A stretch of 63,645 nt of DNA, counting the filler, from an uncultured bacterium (lineage in GTDB: Bacteria > Latescibacterota > UBA2968), in assembly GCA_964471275.1 (NCBI GenBank). It is 3 parts of 3 records of this genome, joined end to end, with 100 filler letters (N's around TTAATTAATTAA, not from the genome) between each part and the next. Parts side by side here need not be neighbours in the genome. Positions count along the whole stretch, not along the records: positions 26,803 to 53,080 come from CAYYGZ010000034.1; 2 more parts are not named here. One strand, 5' to 3'. Made by a program: the position numbers and the translations under genes. Shown piece by piece: positions 35,855-45,965 of the stretch (its first letter is position 1; the number at the start of each line of letters is the position of its first letter). The notes under the pieces were generated by a model. The model searched no databases and had not been told where the DNA came from. It was given only the letters and a program-made list of their open reading frames with translations.

Positions 35855-37732
35855 TCAGCGTCTGATGATCCACGTACAGGATCCCGTGGTCGGCAAGTTC
35901 CCTGTCAGAAACCGTATGCGTGTCAGTGACGCTCCCCACGGGTTGCCGCGTTTGAAGCTGACCTCTGCGAGTGGATACTCATCGAGCTCGATGTCGAAGA
36001 TATCGGCGTCGTACTCGATCTTGCCGGCCGCGGATGTCCCGCCTTCCTCGAGTTTGGTTTCATCCAGGTATACAACGCCCTGTTCCTTTCTGACGTCACA
36101 CGGTGTCATGAAGTTCATCTCGACGGATTCGGTTCGAGATAGGTCGAAGGTATCGGTTACGACAACCTGCTGGCCTCTGTGGAAGACAACCTCTCGCATC
36201 CACGAGTTCACACCCGCCTCATCCGGGTAAGCGTCTGCCAGGTTGCAACAGAAACGCGTCTCTGTCTCGCTCGCAGAAAAGGCCGCGTCGGATGCCCTGT
36301 ATTCCGGTCCGGGCTTCTGCTCGATCCCATTTATGGTGGGCAGCGTGTGATGGCTCGAGTTCATGGTCCAGATGTCGTAGCGATTCGGCCCGAATGTCTC
36401 GGCGGTGTAGTCCTCGACCCCGATGTCCACGACTAACGGTTTGCCGTCGATGTAGACGACGCAGCTACCGATGTCGTTGTGATTGTGGCTCTCCTCGTTA
36501 TGTCCGCCCTTTCCGGCCACAAAGAAGCCTTCGGGAGAACCTTCGGTGTCCCGTGCACAGAAGACCTCGATTTCCGACAGCCACGTTTCCGACGGCAGCG
36601 GCGTGCCGGGTTCCTGCTCCAGCATCTCATCGAGAAGGTCGAGTGTTCGAAGCTGTCTTCCCAAACTATCGGTCAGACCGCTGACAAGCAGGTTCGCTTC
36701 CTCTGCACACCAGGCCCCGATCCGCTTTAAGCTCTCATCGTCAATGCGCTTGCCATACCCGAAGGTTATACCCGGAGGGAGATCGATCCTGGCTGCGGCA
36801 TCGGCGAAGTTGACGAAGTATCTGTCGGCTATCTGCGTCCGGTACGGGAATCGGCCAATCTCCTGAATAAGTGGATCGCTGAAGACGTCGATTGTGTCGC
36901 CTGAAGCGCTTCGTAGGATCTCGAGGCAATCATACAGGGCGCCGCCGGCGTGGTTCCAGTAGCCCGGACCTTCATCACATCCGCCGTCCTTCGGGTAAGG
37001 GTCGATGAAGTTGTCGAGTGCTTCAAGCGCCCGCGAGACGAGCCGCACGCGCCGCTCGTCGGAGCCTTCGATCACGAGCGCACAGGTCAGCCAGTTCGAC
37101 ACGATCCACGGGTTCCAGTTGTTCACGCGTCGACCGGTGTTATTGAACCCCATCCAGTTGAACTCCCGGTCCAGACAAGGGGTCAGGATGCGTCGGTCGA
37201 TTTCGAGACGTATCCGGTCACCGATCAGCGTCGAGACCGCGGCTAACTGCTCGTCGAGCAGATACCACGTCCAGGCAAGTAGAGCGGCAGCCTCAGCGGC
37301 AAAGAGATCGACGATGGGTTCCTCGACGTCGGGGAGGCCGACACCTGCCTTTTGCCTGCTCGTATGCGCCGGCACCCCCCAGAACGTCTCCTCACAGATC
37401 GCCCAAATGCCGTCTATGATAGGATCGAGGAATCGTCCCTTTCCCTCAAGACATTCGGCCATAACGAGATCAGCGAGCGTCTGACGACGCTTGTCCCGAA
37501 CCTCCGACTGCCATCGGCTTCGATTTCCCGTTCGCTGAAAGTCCAGGAAGAATGTCGCCGTGGCGACAGGCCAGCCGAATTCCGCAGCACTCTCCCCGCG
37601 GGCGATGTGGGGAAGCGCGATCGTCTCGTAGCGTAACCAGGCCTCGCGTTCGCCTGCCTTGGGATGGGGGCGCCACTCGTCTCGAGGAAGCAGTGTTTTC
37701 GTGAGGCTGTCGTTGAATCGTTGTGATAGCAT
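35855..37732 (-). CDS. Heparinase II/III-family lyase, PL33-like (paralogue 5)
   Basis: Same motif set; starts MLS, no signal peptide. Confidence 0.85.
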   Translation of the reverse strand: MLSQRFNDSLTKTLLPRDEWRPHPKAGEREAWLRYETIALPHIARGESAAEFGWPVATATFFLDFQRTGNRSRWQSEVRDKRRQTLADLVMAECLEGKGRFLDPIIDGIWAICEETFWGVPAHTSRQKAGVGLPDVEEPIVDLFAAEAAALLAWTWYLLDEQLAAVSTLIGDRIRLEIDRRILTPCLDREFNWMGFNNTGRRVNNWNPWIVSNWLTCALVIEGSDERRVRLVSRALEALDNFIDPYPKDGGCDEGPGYWNHAGGALYDCLEILRSASGDTIDVFSDPLIQEIGRFPYRTQIADRYFVNFADAAARIDLPPGITFGYGKRIDDESLKRIGAWCAEEANLLVSGLTDSLGRQLRTLDLLDEMLEQEPGTPLPSETWLSEIEVFCARDTEGSPEGFFVAGKGGHNEESHNHNDIGSCVVYIDGKPLVVDIGVEDYTAETFGPNRYDIWTMNSSHHTLPTINGIEQKPGPEYRASDAAFSASETETRFCCNLADAYPDEAGVNSWMREVVFHRGQQVVVTDTFDLSRTESVEMNFMTPCDVRKEQGVVYLDETKLEEGGTSAAGKIEYDADIFDIELDEYPLAEVSFKRGNPWGASLTRIRFLTGNLPTTGSCTWIIRR

Positions 37733-37735
37733 TGC

Positions 37736-39778
37736 CTACGCCTTCCTACGGATCTGGAGCGTGTAGAGATTGCCGGGTGCGATGTCAAAGAACATTGTGG
37801 TTCGGGGACCCGTCACAGCCAACTCTGATCTCTCCGATTCCCCAGTGACCGTGTTCGTCAATACGAGTGTGTAGGTGCCCTTCTCAAGCAGGTAGAATTC
37901 TGCCCCCATCTTGCGTGGCTGGCTTCCGAAATGATACAATTCCGCGTCGAAAGTAGTCGATCCGGAGTCCGTCACCAGCGTTGCGATGCTACGGGCAGAG
38001 GTCTTCCACCGAACGGCGTTCATCGGGAAGTAACGGGCGCCGCCGTAGTCACCGGTCACAGATCCGTACAGTGCCGACAGGTTTGGCCGCGGAAGCGGCG
38101 GATCGGCGAAGTAGTTGGCATAGTTGCTGTTGAAGGCGAGCTGTCGATCAGTCCATCGGACCTCCTCCATGTAGGAGGCGCGGTTGATTCTGAATGCGGT
38201 CGCCGATCGATCCAGACCGTTGAGCAGGTGCTCTCTGTCTCCCGTCAGACGATACCGGACGTATCCATTCGCGTCTTTCAGCAGGAGTGCGTCAAATGTC
38301 GGATCTCCTGTAAGCTGCCTGTATTTCGCGAGTGTCGAGGCAACAGACATTCGGGAAGCACACCAGGCTTCTGAGCCGGGGGCCGGGTCATCAACCGGGT
38401 CATTCAAGTAGCGTTCGCGAGCGGCCGCCATCGATCGAACCGGCTCCAGATACGCACGATCCCTCGTCATATGACTCGTCAAGAGCAGCGTATTTGTCAT
38501 CATCGACATCGCGCTCGGCCACAGATAGAGCGTCGGCTCACTGTGGTTCTGCGGGTCCCACCAGTTCTCTCCCTCGCCCCCGACACTTCCATCGGGCCAG
38601 TGTATGGCCGACGGTATGATCCCCGCAGGCTTTCCACGATCGATCCCGGCCGCCGCGATGGTCCACGTGCTCATCCACTCCGAGAACAGTGTGGTCATTT
38701 CGGCGTCGGCCGTTCGCTGCCAGTAGAGCAACGCGGGTTGTACAGCTCTCGGATGGTAAACGGTATCGCACGCCAGCTTGGATGATGGGCTGACTCGGTC
38801 GGAGGTGAAGTAGGTGCTCTTGAACTGTAACTGCCCCTGATCGTTCCTGCCGGTCCAGAGATCGCGGAAGAGTTCGAATATGCGGATCGCCCGGTCCTGC
38901 CACACGGGGTCGTCCGGACGAAGGTGCATCATAGACGTGCAGGTATCGCCCGAATCCTCCCCAGTATGCTCCACATCGGTCATGCGAGAGGTGTAGCCGC
39001 CCTTCATGCGATCAAGAGCAAACAGTCCCTCCGCAATGTTCGTCTGCCCCTGAATGATTAGGGGGTCTTCGAATCCGATTAGCACCGGTGTCCAGGTGCG
39101 CCAGATTTCCACATCGTCTCCCCAGCCACCACCGAGCTGACCATCTGGGGCCTGCCGCGTTTCGATCCACCAGGTGATGATGTGTGTGAGTTTCTCAAGC
39201 GTCTCTCTCTGCAGGTTTGCCCACTCCGGCGCGTGGGGATCGGGAGCGTTGAGCGCCGGCCACGGGAAGGTTTCATCGAGATACAGTCTCACAAGCCTGT
39301 TTTCGGGGAACGCGGTCTTCGAGGTGCGCAGGAGACGTCTTCCTTCGCCGTAGTATTCTGACCGTTGTTCCGGATTCCACAGAAGCTTGCCGCTCTGGAT
39401 CGGTCTCTGTATGAGCGCGCGTCCTCGGTACATCGCCCATATCGGGTAGAGGGGGGACGATTGGCTGCTGAGTTCCGCGGGCCAATCCGATTTAATGTAT
39501 TTGCAGAGGAAGCTGTTTCCAGCCGCCCCCCTGGCGACTTCGGGAGTCCAGTGCTTGCGTTCGTTCGCCCAGAGGTCGATCGCGGGTAGGAGGAGATCCA
39601 GATCAGCGCGCAGTTGCGGATCGAGATCGACCCGGCTGGAGAGCGTGACCAGGTGCTGATAGCGCTCGGTTTCGATCGAAGTGTTACCAGCCTTGCGGAT
39701 AAGCGTGGACTGGGTCGCGGTGAGCGCGTGGGCCGCCGTTCCGAGTAACAGAAGTAGTAGCGATGCGAGGGTCTTCAC
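37736..39778 (-). CDS. Secreted hypothetical protein
   Basis: GTG start after AAGGA; signal peptide (M)KTLASLLLLLLGTAAHA; motifs QAPDGQLGGGWGDDVEIW and TDVEHTGEDS; Trp-rich. Start re-called to avoid overlap with glcB. Confidence 0.75.
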   Translation of the reverse strand: MKTLASLLLLLLGTAAHALTATQSTLIRKAGNTSIETERYQHLVTLSSRVDLDPQLRADLDLLLPAIDLWANERKHWTPEVARGAAGNSFLCKYIKSDWPAELSSQSSPLYPIWAMYRGRALIQRPIQSGKLLWNPEQRSEYYGEGRRLLRTSKTAFPENRLVRLYLDETFPWPALNAPDPHAPEWANLQRETLEKLTHIITWWIETRQAPDGQLGGGWGDDVEIWRTWTPVLIGFEDPLIIQGQTNIAEGLFALDRMKGGYTSRMTDVEHTGEDSGDTCTSMMHLRPDDPVWQDRAIRIFELFRDLWTGRNDQGQLQFKSTYFTSDRVSPSSKLACDTVYHPRAVQPALLYWQRTADAEMTTLFSEWMSTWTIAAAGIDRGKPAGIIPSAIHWPDGSVGGEGENWWDPQNHSEPTLYLWPSAMSMMTNTLLLTSHMTRDRAYLEPVRSMAAARERYLNDPVDDPAPGSEAWCASRMSVASTLAKYRQLTGDPTFDALLLKDANGYVRYRLTGDREHLLNGLDRSATAFRINRASYMEEVRWTDRQLAFNSNYANYFADPPLPRPNLSALYGSVTGDYGGARYFPMNAVRWKTSARSIATLVTDSGSTTFDAELYHFGSQPRKMGAEFYLLEKGTYTLVLTNTVTGESERSELAVTGPRTTMFFDIAPGNLYTLQIRRKA

Positions 39779-39809
39779 TGGGTTCCTTCTGGATGTGGGG
39801 TGTCCGGTG

Positions 39810-41975
39810 CTACGATCGAGATGTAGCCTCTCGGCGACGGCTGTGGAGAACGGGCTCCGTGTAGCCGTTGGCGATCCGGCGTCCCTCGAAGACCAGGTCC
39901 AGTGCCGCCTGGAAGGCGATACTTTCGTCGAAATTCGGGGCCATGTTCGTGTATGTCGGGTCGCCTGCGTTCTGACCATCGACGACCGCGGCCATGCGTC
40001 TGAAGGTCTCGACGACCTGGTCGCGGGTCAGCAGTCCGTGGTGCAGCCAGTTGGCGACGTGCTGACTCGAGATTCGGAGTGTCGCGCGGTCTTCCATCAA
40101 ACCGACGTCGTTGATATCAGGGACTTTCGAACAACCGATACCCGAGTCGATCCAGCGGACGACATAGCCAAGGATGCCCTGCGCATTGTTATCCAGCTCC
40201 TTCTGGATGTCGTCCTCCGACAGCTCACGATCAAGCAGCGGGGGCGATAGGATATCGTCCAGACTTGCCCGACTGCGTGCCACGAGTTCGCCCTGGCGGT
40301 CGGTTACGCTGATCTGGTGGTAGTGGATGGCGTGAAGGGTTGCCGCCGTCGGTGACGGTACCCAGGCACAGGCTGCTCCTGACATTGGATGGCCCGCTTT
40401 GGAGTCGACCATCTCCTTCATCCGGTCTGGCATGGCCCACATCCCTTTACCGATCTGGCCTCGTCCCGGAAGTGCGACCTCCAGTCCGATGTCGACGTTC
40501 CAGTCTTCGTAGGCCGACATGAATTTGTGTCCCTTGATCTCCGGCTTTGGCAGGAACGGTCCAGCCTCGATGCTGGTATGTATTTCGTCGCCGGTTCGGT
40601 CAAGGAAGCCGGTGTTGATGAAGATGATGCGGTCACGAGCCTCGTTTATGGCAGTCTTGAGGTTGATCGTGGTGCGACGTTCCTCATCCATGATGCCGAT
40701 CTTGATCGTGTTCCGTTCCAGCCCCAGTGCTTCTTCGACCCGGCCGAACAGAGCGACAGTCGACGCCACTTCGGCAGGTCCGTGCATTTTTGGTTTTACG
40801 ATGTAGACGCTTCCCGAACGGCTGTTTGAGATGGGCCCGTCGCCCTTAATGTCGTGGATGGCGGCCAGAACCGTGACCATCGCATCGAGGAATCCCTCGG
40901 GCACCTCCTCATCATTCGAGGTGGTGACGGCATCGGTATACATGTGAATGCCGACGTTGCGTACGAGGAGCGTGCTTCGTCCGGGGAGTGTCAGTTCGGT
41001 GCCGTCTGCGGCCGTGTAGGAGCGGTCCGGATTCAGTGTCCGAGTCACCAGAGTCCCTGCCTTGTCGAACGTCGTTTCCAGAGTCCCCTTCATGATGCCT
41101 GCCCAGTTGCGGTAGACGCGAACTTTGTCGGCTGCATCGACGGCCGATACGGAGTCTTCACAGTCCTGTATCGTCGTGACTGCCGATTCGAGCACAACAT
41201 CCTTTACGCCTGCGGGATGCGTCCTGCCAACGGGATGGTTCGCATCGATCTGGAGTTCGATGTGTAGACCGTTGTTTCTGAGCAAGATTCCAGTCGGTGC
41301 TTCAGCTGGTCCGGTGAAACCGACGAATGCGTCGGGATCAACGAGATTCGCATCACCGGAGGCTGTGCTCACACACAACTGGTCGCCCCTTACACTGTAG
41401 CCCGTTGCCTCCCCGTAGGTTGCATCCTTCAAGGGGACGGCATCGTCCAGGAAGGTCTCAACGCCCTTCACAACTTTCTGGCCTCGAACCGGGTTGTAGC
41501 CGCTGGTCTTTTCGGCTTCGCCATCGTCGGGGATGACGTCCGTCCCGTAGAAGGCATCGTAGAGGCTGCCCCAGCGCGCATTGGCAGCGTTGAGCGCGTA
41601 GCGGGCATTGTCGACGGGAACGACCAACTGGGGCCCGGCAAGCACACCGATCTCGGGGTCCACGTTTGTCGTGGTGACTTCGAAATGATCTCCCTCAGCC
41701 TGGAGGTATCCGATCTCCGTGAGGAAGCTGCGATACGCTTCGGGATCGATTGGCTGACCCTTGCGTTCGCCATACCAGCGGTCGATCTGTTCCTGAAGAT
41801 CATCACGCTTCTGGAGCAGTTCTCGGTTGTGGGGTTCCAGATCGCGGACGATTCTCCCAAAGCTGGTCCAGAAACCATCCGGGTCGACTCCTGTGCCCGG
41901 CGCAATCTCGTTCTTCACGAGGCTGTAGAGCTCCTCGTCGATCTTCAGCCCACCGACCTCGATACGATTCGACAT
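39810..41975 (-). CDS. glcB: Malate synthase G
   Basis: 721 aa; [77 protein letters not shown]. Confidence 0.97.
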   Translation of the reverse strand: MSNRIEVGGLKIDEELYSLVKNEIAPGTGVDPDGFWTSFGRIVRDLEPHNRELLQKRDDLQEQIDRWYGERKGQPIDPEAYRSFLTEIGYLQAEGDHFEVTTTNVDPEIGVLAGPQLVVPVDNARYALNAANARWGSLYDAFYGTDVIPDDGEAEKTSGYNPVRGQKVVKGVETFLDDAVPLKDATYGEATGYSVRGDQLCVSTASGDANLVDPDAFVGFTGPAEAPTGILLRNNGLHIELQIDANHPVGRTHPAGVKDVVLESAVTTIQDCEDSVSAVDAADKVRVYRNWAGIMKGTLETTFDKAGTLVTRTLNPDRSYTAADGTELTLPGRSTLLVRNVGIHMYTDAVTTSNDEEVPEGFLDAMVTVLAAIHDIKGDGPISNSRSGSVYIVKPKMHGPAEVASTVALFGRVEEALGLERNTIKIGIMDEERRTTINLKTAINEARDRIIFINTGFLDRTGDEIHTSIEAGPFLPKPEIKGHKFMSAYEDWNVDIGLEVALPGRGQIGKGMWAMPDRMKEMVDSKAGHPMSGAACAWVPSPTAATLHAIHYHQISVTDRQGELVARSRASLDDILSPPLLDRELSEDDIQKELDNNAQGILGYVVRWIDSGIGCSKVPDINDVGLMEDRATLRISSQHVANWLHHGLLTRDQVVETFRRMAAVVDGQNAGDPTYTNMAPNFDESIAFQAALDLVFEGRRIANGYTEPVLHSRRREATSRS

Positions 41976-41984
41976 GCGATGCTC

Positions 41985-43895
41985 CTATCTATCTGTTGTG
42001 ACGCGTATGGTGAATGCGCCATCGGCCTCCGGCGAGCGCGCTTTCAGCGTGACCCTGATCAGCCGGTCTCCCCAGAAGGCGGACATCCGTTCGTCGCTGA
42101 TCTCGATTTCTTCCTGCGATACATCCACGACGTCCGGGTCAAAGGCAACCCAGCCTGCGCCGGAAACCAGATCATCAACTGTTGAGGCTGGCGTCAGCTG
42201 AATCCAGCCGCTTTCGTCGAGCAGGACGCTCGCCGGTGTCATCAGATGCCATTCCAGATCCGTTGGTCGTGAAGAGAACGAATATACATCATCGATGGTG
42301 ACAGCAGATGCTCGGTGATGAGTGACCGCCCGGCGCCAGTTCGTAAGGCCGCAATCCGCAGGGTAGGCCTTCTCGATGTTGAGCGTGAGGGAGGCTTCGT
42401 TGTCATCGGAAGCGTATACAACATCATCTGCCTGGAACTCATCCCCGGGAAGCTGCTGGACGCCGTTGAAGGTCGGCAGATTGTGGTAGGCTGCCTGCAT
42501 CGTCCAGATGTCATATCGTTCGGAGCTGAACGTCTTGGCGGTGTAGGTCTCTACGCCAGCGTCCACGAGCAGGGGGCGACCGTCGGTGTAGATGCTGAAT
42601 GTGCCGATATCGTTGTGGTTGTGGCTTTCCTCGTTGTGTCCACCCTTCGCAGTGACAAAGAGTCCGTCGGCCGATCCGTCCGTATCCCGAGATGCGAATA
42701 CCTCGATGTTCGGCAGCCAGACATCCCGCGAAAGTGGCTGACGCGCAGGTCGGTCAAGGATTTCCTCATAAGCGAACAGGGCGGGAAGGGTGCGCCCAAC
42801 GCTGTCGAGCGACCAGTTCTCGCCCTGTCGACGCTGTTCGGCTGACCAGGCTCCGAGGTCCATGAGATCGTCGTCGCCGATCCGCTTGCCATACAGATAA
42901 GTGATCGAAGCTGACGGGAGGACGAGCGCGGAGGCGTCTGCGAAGTTGACGAAGTACTGATCTGCTATCTGGGCTTTGAAAACGAATCGCCCAATCTCGC
43001 GGATCTTTTGATCACTATACACATCGATCGCCCCATTCGTGGCGCTCCAGAGCAACTCGAGACAATCGAAGAGAGAGGCACCCGCACGTCCCCAGTAGCT
43101 GGGTCCCTCATCACACCCCCCGTCATCCGGATAGGGATCGATGAAACGATCAAGCGACCGGATCGCTTTCTCGACGTGCTCGACACGGCGGTTGTCGGAC
43201 TCCTCGAGGATCAGGGCGGCGGTCAGCCAGTTGGAAATGATCCAGGGGTTCCAGTTGTTGACGCGTCGCTCCCTCCCCGTAGTCGGGTGGCGCTGACCCT
43301 CCAGTCCCATCCACCAAAAGTCATCTCGCTCCAGAAGGGGTGAGAGCACACGTCTCTCCGATTCAATTCTAATACGTGGGACGATCAAAGGCGAAATGGT
43401 GTTCAGCTGCGGCTCGAGCAGATAGGTGGTCCACGAAAGAAGCATGATCGTTTCGGCGACGAAGAGCGGGACGACCGGTTCTTCGACGTCCGGGAGGCCT
43501 GGTCCATGTTTCTGCATTTGCATGCAAGCCGGTATTCCCCAGAAGCTCTCTTCACAGATCGCCCAGATACCGTTTACGATGTCGTCGAGGAACCTGCCCT
43601 CGCCTTCGATGCATTCCGCGATGACGAGGTCACCCAGTATGGTGCGCCGTCCGAAACTGGGCTTCTCGTAGTTTATACGATTGCCCGTGCGGGCAAATTC
43701 GAGGAATAACGTGGCCGGCAGAGCAGGCCATTCGTGCCCGATCGCCTCTGTGGCGCGTTTCAGATACGCATCCCGAATCGGTTCAGGGATGGTCGGCCAT
43801 AGATCGCGCTCGGAAGCGGTTGGGAATGGGTGCCAGCTTGCACGAGGGATCAAGGCATCGGTGATTTTGTCGGATGTCCAGATTGATGAGAGCAT
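41985..43895 (-). CDS. Heparinase II/III-family lyase, PL33-like (paralogue 4)
   Basis: RVNNWNPWI, DGGCDEGPSYW, KGGHNEESHNHND; starts MLS, no signal peptide. Confidence 0.85.
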   Translation of the reverse strand: MLSSIWTSDKITDALIPRASWHPFPTASERDLWPTIPEPIRDAYLKRATEAIGHEWPALPATLFLEFARTGNRINYEKPSFGRRTILGDLVIAECIEGEGRFLDDIVNGIWAICEESFWGIPACMQMQKHGPGLPDVEEPVVPLFVAETIMLLSWTTYLLEPQLNTISPLIVPRIRIESERRVLSPLLERDDFWWMGLEGQRHPTTGRERRVNNWNPWIISNWLTAALILEESDNRRVEHVEKAIRSLDRFIDPYPDDGGCDEGPSYWGRAGASLFDCLELLWSATNGAIDVYSDQKIREIGRFVFKAQIADQYFVNFADASALVLPSASITYLYGKRIGDDDLMDLGAWSAEQRRQGENWSLDSVGRTLPALFAYEEILDRPARQPLSRDVWLPNIEVFASRDTDGSADGLFVTAKGGHNEESHNHNDIGTFSIYTDGRPLLVDAGVETYTAKTFSSERYDIWTMQAAYHNLPTFNGVQQLPGDEFQADDVVYASDDNEASLTLNIEKAYPADCGLTNWRRAVTHHRASAVTIDDVYSFSSRPTDLEWHLMTPASVLLDESGWIQLTPASTVDDLVSGAGWVAFDPDVVDVSQEEIEISDERMSAFWGDRLIRVTLKARSPEADGAFTIRVTTDR

Positions 43896-43975
43896 AGGAT
43901 TGAGGATTCTCAGTATAAGATGGAAGACTTGTCATCGACTCCGTGAGATGCTACGAGGGTAGTTCGTGACGGTCG

Positions 43976-45868
43976 CTACCGCGTGACTCTGATCGATACC
44001 GAATCAGCCTGTTCGGGGTTCTTGAGCTTTAGCCGGAGACGGGATAGCTCGCTTCCCCAGACTCGCTCGAGATTGCCGTCCTCGACGGGATGTGTTTCGG
44101 TGACGGCCTCGAACCGGTCACTGTCGAAGTGGAGGGTTGCGGTGCCCGATTCCCTGCCTGCGCGGAATTCGCGCGCCCCCAAGGTGATCGATCCGGTCTG
44201 TATCGAAACGGAACAAGGCGTGATGAAGTTGAGTATGAACTCGCCCATCACCCGATCCACCTGATACGCGTCCTCGATGACGACGGACACATCTCGTTCG
44301 TGCGTGATCGTGCGATGCCATTTGCTGACAAGTGCGTTTGGTGGGTAGGCCGAGGCGATGTCCATACTGAACATCGCGCGGTTGTCGTCTGTGGCGTAGT
44401 CGATGCCGGCGGCAGCGTGATCCGCGCCGTCGACCTGATCGCAACCGTTGATTGTCGGGAGGTTGTGGAAACCGGACTGCATAGTCCAGATTTCATAGCG
44501 CCGATCGCTGAAGGTCTTGGCGGTGTAGGTTTCGACACCGATGTCGACGAGCGTAGGCTTCCCGTCGACATACAGAATGAAGGTGCCGATATCGTTGTGA
44601 TTGTGACTCTCCGCGTTATGTCCGCCCTTGGCGGCGAAGTAAAGACCCCTGGCTGAACCTTCTGTGTCACGAGAGGCAGCGAACTGGATGCCCGGCAGGT
44701 AGACATCACGGAGTAGTGCGTGGCCCGGCTCCGAATCCAGGAGCTCCGCGGCGGTAAAGAGCGCGGGCAGCTGTCGAGAGATCGAATCTGTAAAGCCTTT
44801 CTCGGCGATGTTCGTTTCTCGAGCGGACCAAGCGCCCATGGCCGACATAGCCGAATCGTCGATCCGCTTGCCGAATCGATAGGCAAGCGATGCTGACGGT
44901 GTGACCCATCCTGACGCATCTGCGAAGTTTACGAAGTAGTGGTCGTCGATCTGAGCTCGGTAGATGAATCGGGCCATGTTCTGGATCTTGGGATCGGCCC
45001 ACAGATCGATCTTCCCATCCGTCGCCCAGTCAAGGATCTCGAGATTGTCGAAGACAGATGCTCCGGCCCGGCCCCAGTAGCCGGGCCCCTCGTCACAGCC
45101 CCCGTCCTCGCTGTAGTGATCGATGAACACATCCAGGCTGCGAAGTATCCGTCCAACGTGCTGCAGTCTTTTCTCTTCATTCTCTTCCAAAAGCAGTGCC
45201 GCGGTCAGCCAGTTGGAGTTGATCCAGGGGTTCCAGTTGTTGACTCGCAATTCACCCAGCACCGGATGGATCCCATATCCCATCCACCAGAAGTCGTCGC
45301 GGGTTCCGCACGGCTCAAGGATACGCCGGTGGGCCTCCTGGATGATCCTGGGTCGGATCAGGGGAGATACCTCATCGAGTTTGTGCCCGACCAGGTAGAG
45401 CGTCCAGGCCAGCAGGGCGACCGTTTCGGCCGCAAAGAGATCGACGGTCGGTTCCTCGATGTCGGGCAGGCCCGGCCCGTCCTTCTGTATGTAGAGATGA
45501 GCCGGGACACCCCAGTAGGTTTCCTCGCACGTGCACCAGATACCGTTGATGATGTCGTCGACAAACCGGTCGTCGTTCTCGATGCACTCGGCGATGACCA
45601 GGCTGGCCAGCGCGTTGCGGCGTGCGTTGCGTGGGTCCTGGTAGCGTGTGCGATTGCCGTTTCGGGCAAATTCGAGGAAGAGGGTGGCGGGTAGGGGTGG
45701 ATACTCGAATCCGAGAACAGATTCACCCCGGGCCAGATGAGCCCTGCGAACGGATTCAGGAATCGCGGCCCAGAGCGCTCGGTCCATCACGGTTGGGTGC
45801 GGTCGAAATTCGTCGCGTGGGATGAGAATGTCTCGGAGGATTTCAGTCGGGAATCTGTCGGATAGCAT
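43976..45868 (-). CDS. Heparinase II/III-family lyase, PL33-like (paralogue 3)
   Basis: Same motif set; starts MLS, no signal peptide. Confidence 0.85.
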   Translation of the reverse strand: MLSDRFPTEILRDILIPRDEFRPHPTVMDRALWAAIPESVRRAHLARGESVLGFEYPPLPATLFLEFARNGNRTRYQDPRNARRNALASLVIAECIENDDRFVDDIINGIWCTCEETYWGVPAHLYIQKDGPGLPDIEEPTVDLFAAETVALLAWTLYLVGHKLDEVSPLIRPRIIQEAHRRILEPCGTRDDFWWMGYGIHPVLGELRVNNWNPWINSNWLTAALLLEENEEKRLQHVGRILRSLDVFIDHYSEDGGCDEGPGYWGRAGASVFDNLEILDWATDGKIDLWADPKIQNMARFIYRAQIDDHYFVNFADASGWVTPSASLAYRFGKRIDDSAMSAMGAWSARETNIAEKGFTDSISRQLPALFTAAELLDSEPGHALLRDVYLPGIQFAASRDTEGSARGLYFAAKGGHNAESHNHNDIGTFILYVDGKPTLVDIGVETYTAKTFSDRRYEIWTMQSGFHNLPTINGCDQVDGADHAAAGIDYATDDNRAMFSMDIASAYPPNALVSKWHRTITHERDVSVVIEDAYQVDRVMGEFILNFITPCSVSIQTGSITLGAREFRAGRESGTATLHFDSDRFEAVTETHPVEDGNLERVWGSELSRLRLKLKNPEQADSVSIRVTR

Positions 45869-45965
45869 GGGAGACCTTTGATTGTCGAGGGATGTAAAGG
45901 GGCGGGCCCACGTTCAGGCTCTCACCCGGCTGATGCCGTCCTTTTCCGTGATACGGGAGAGGGGT

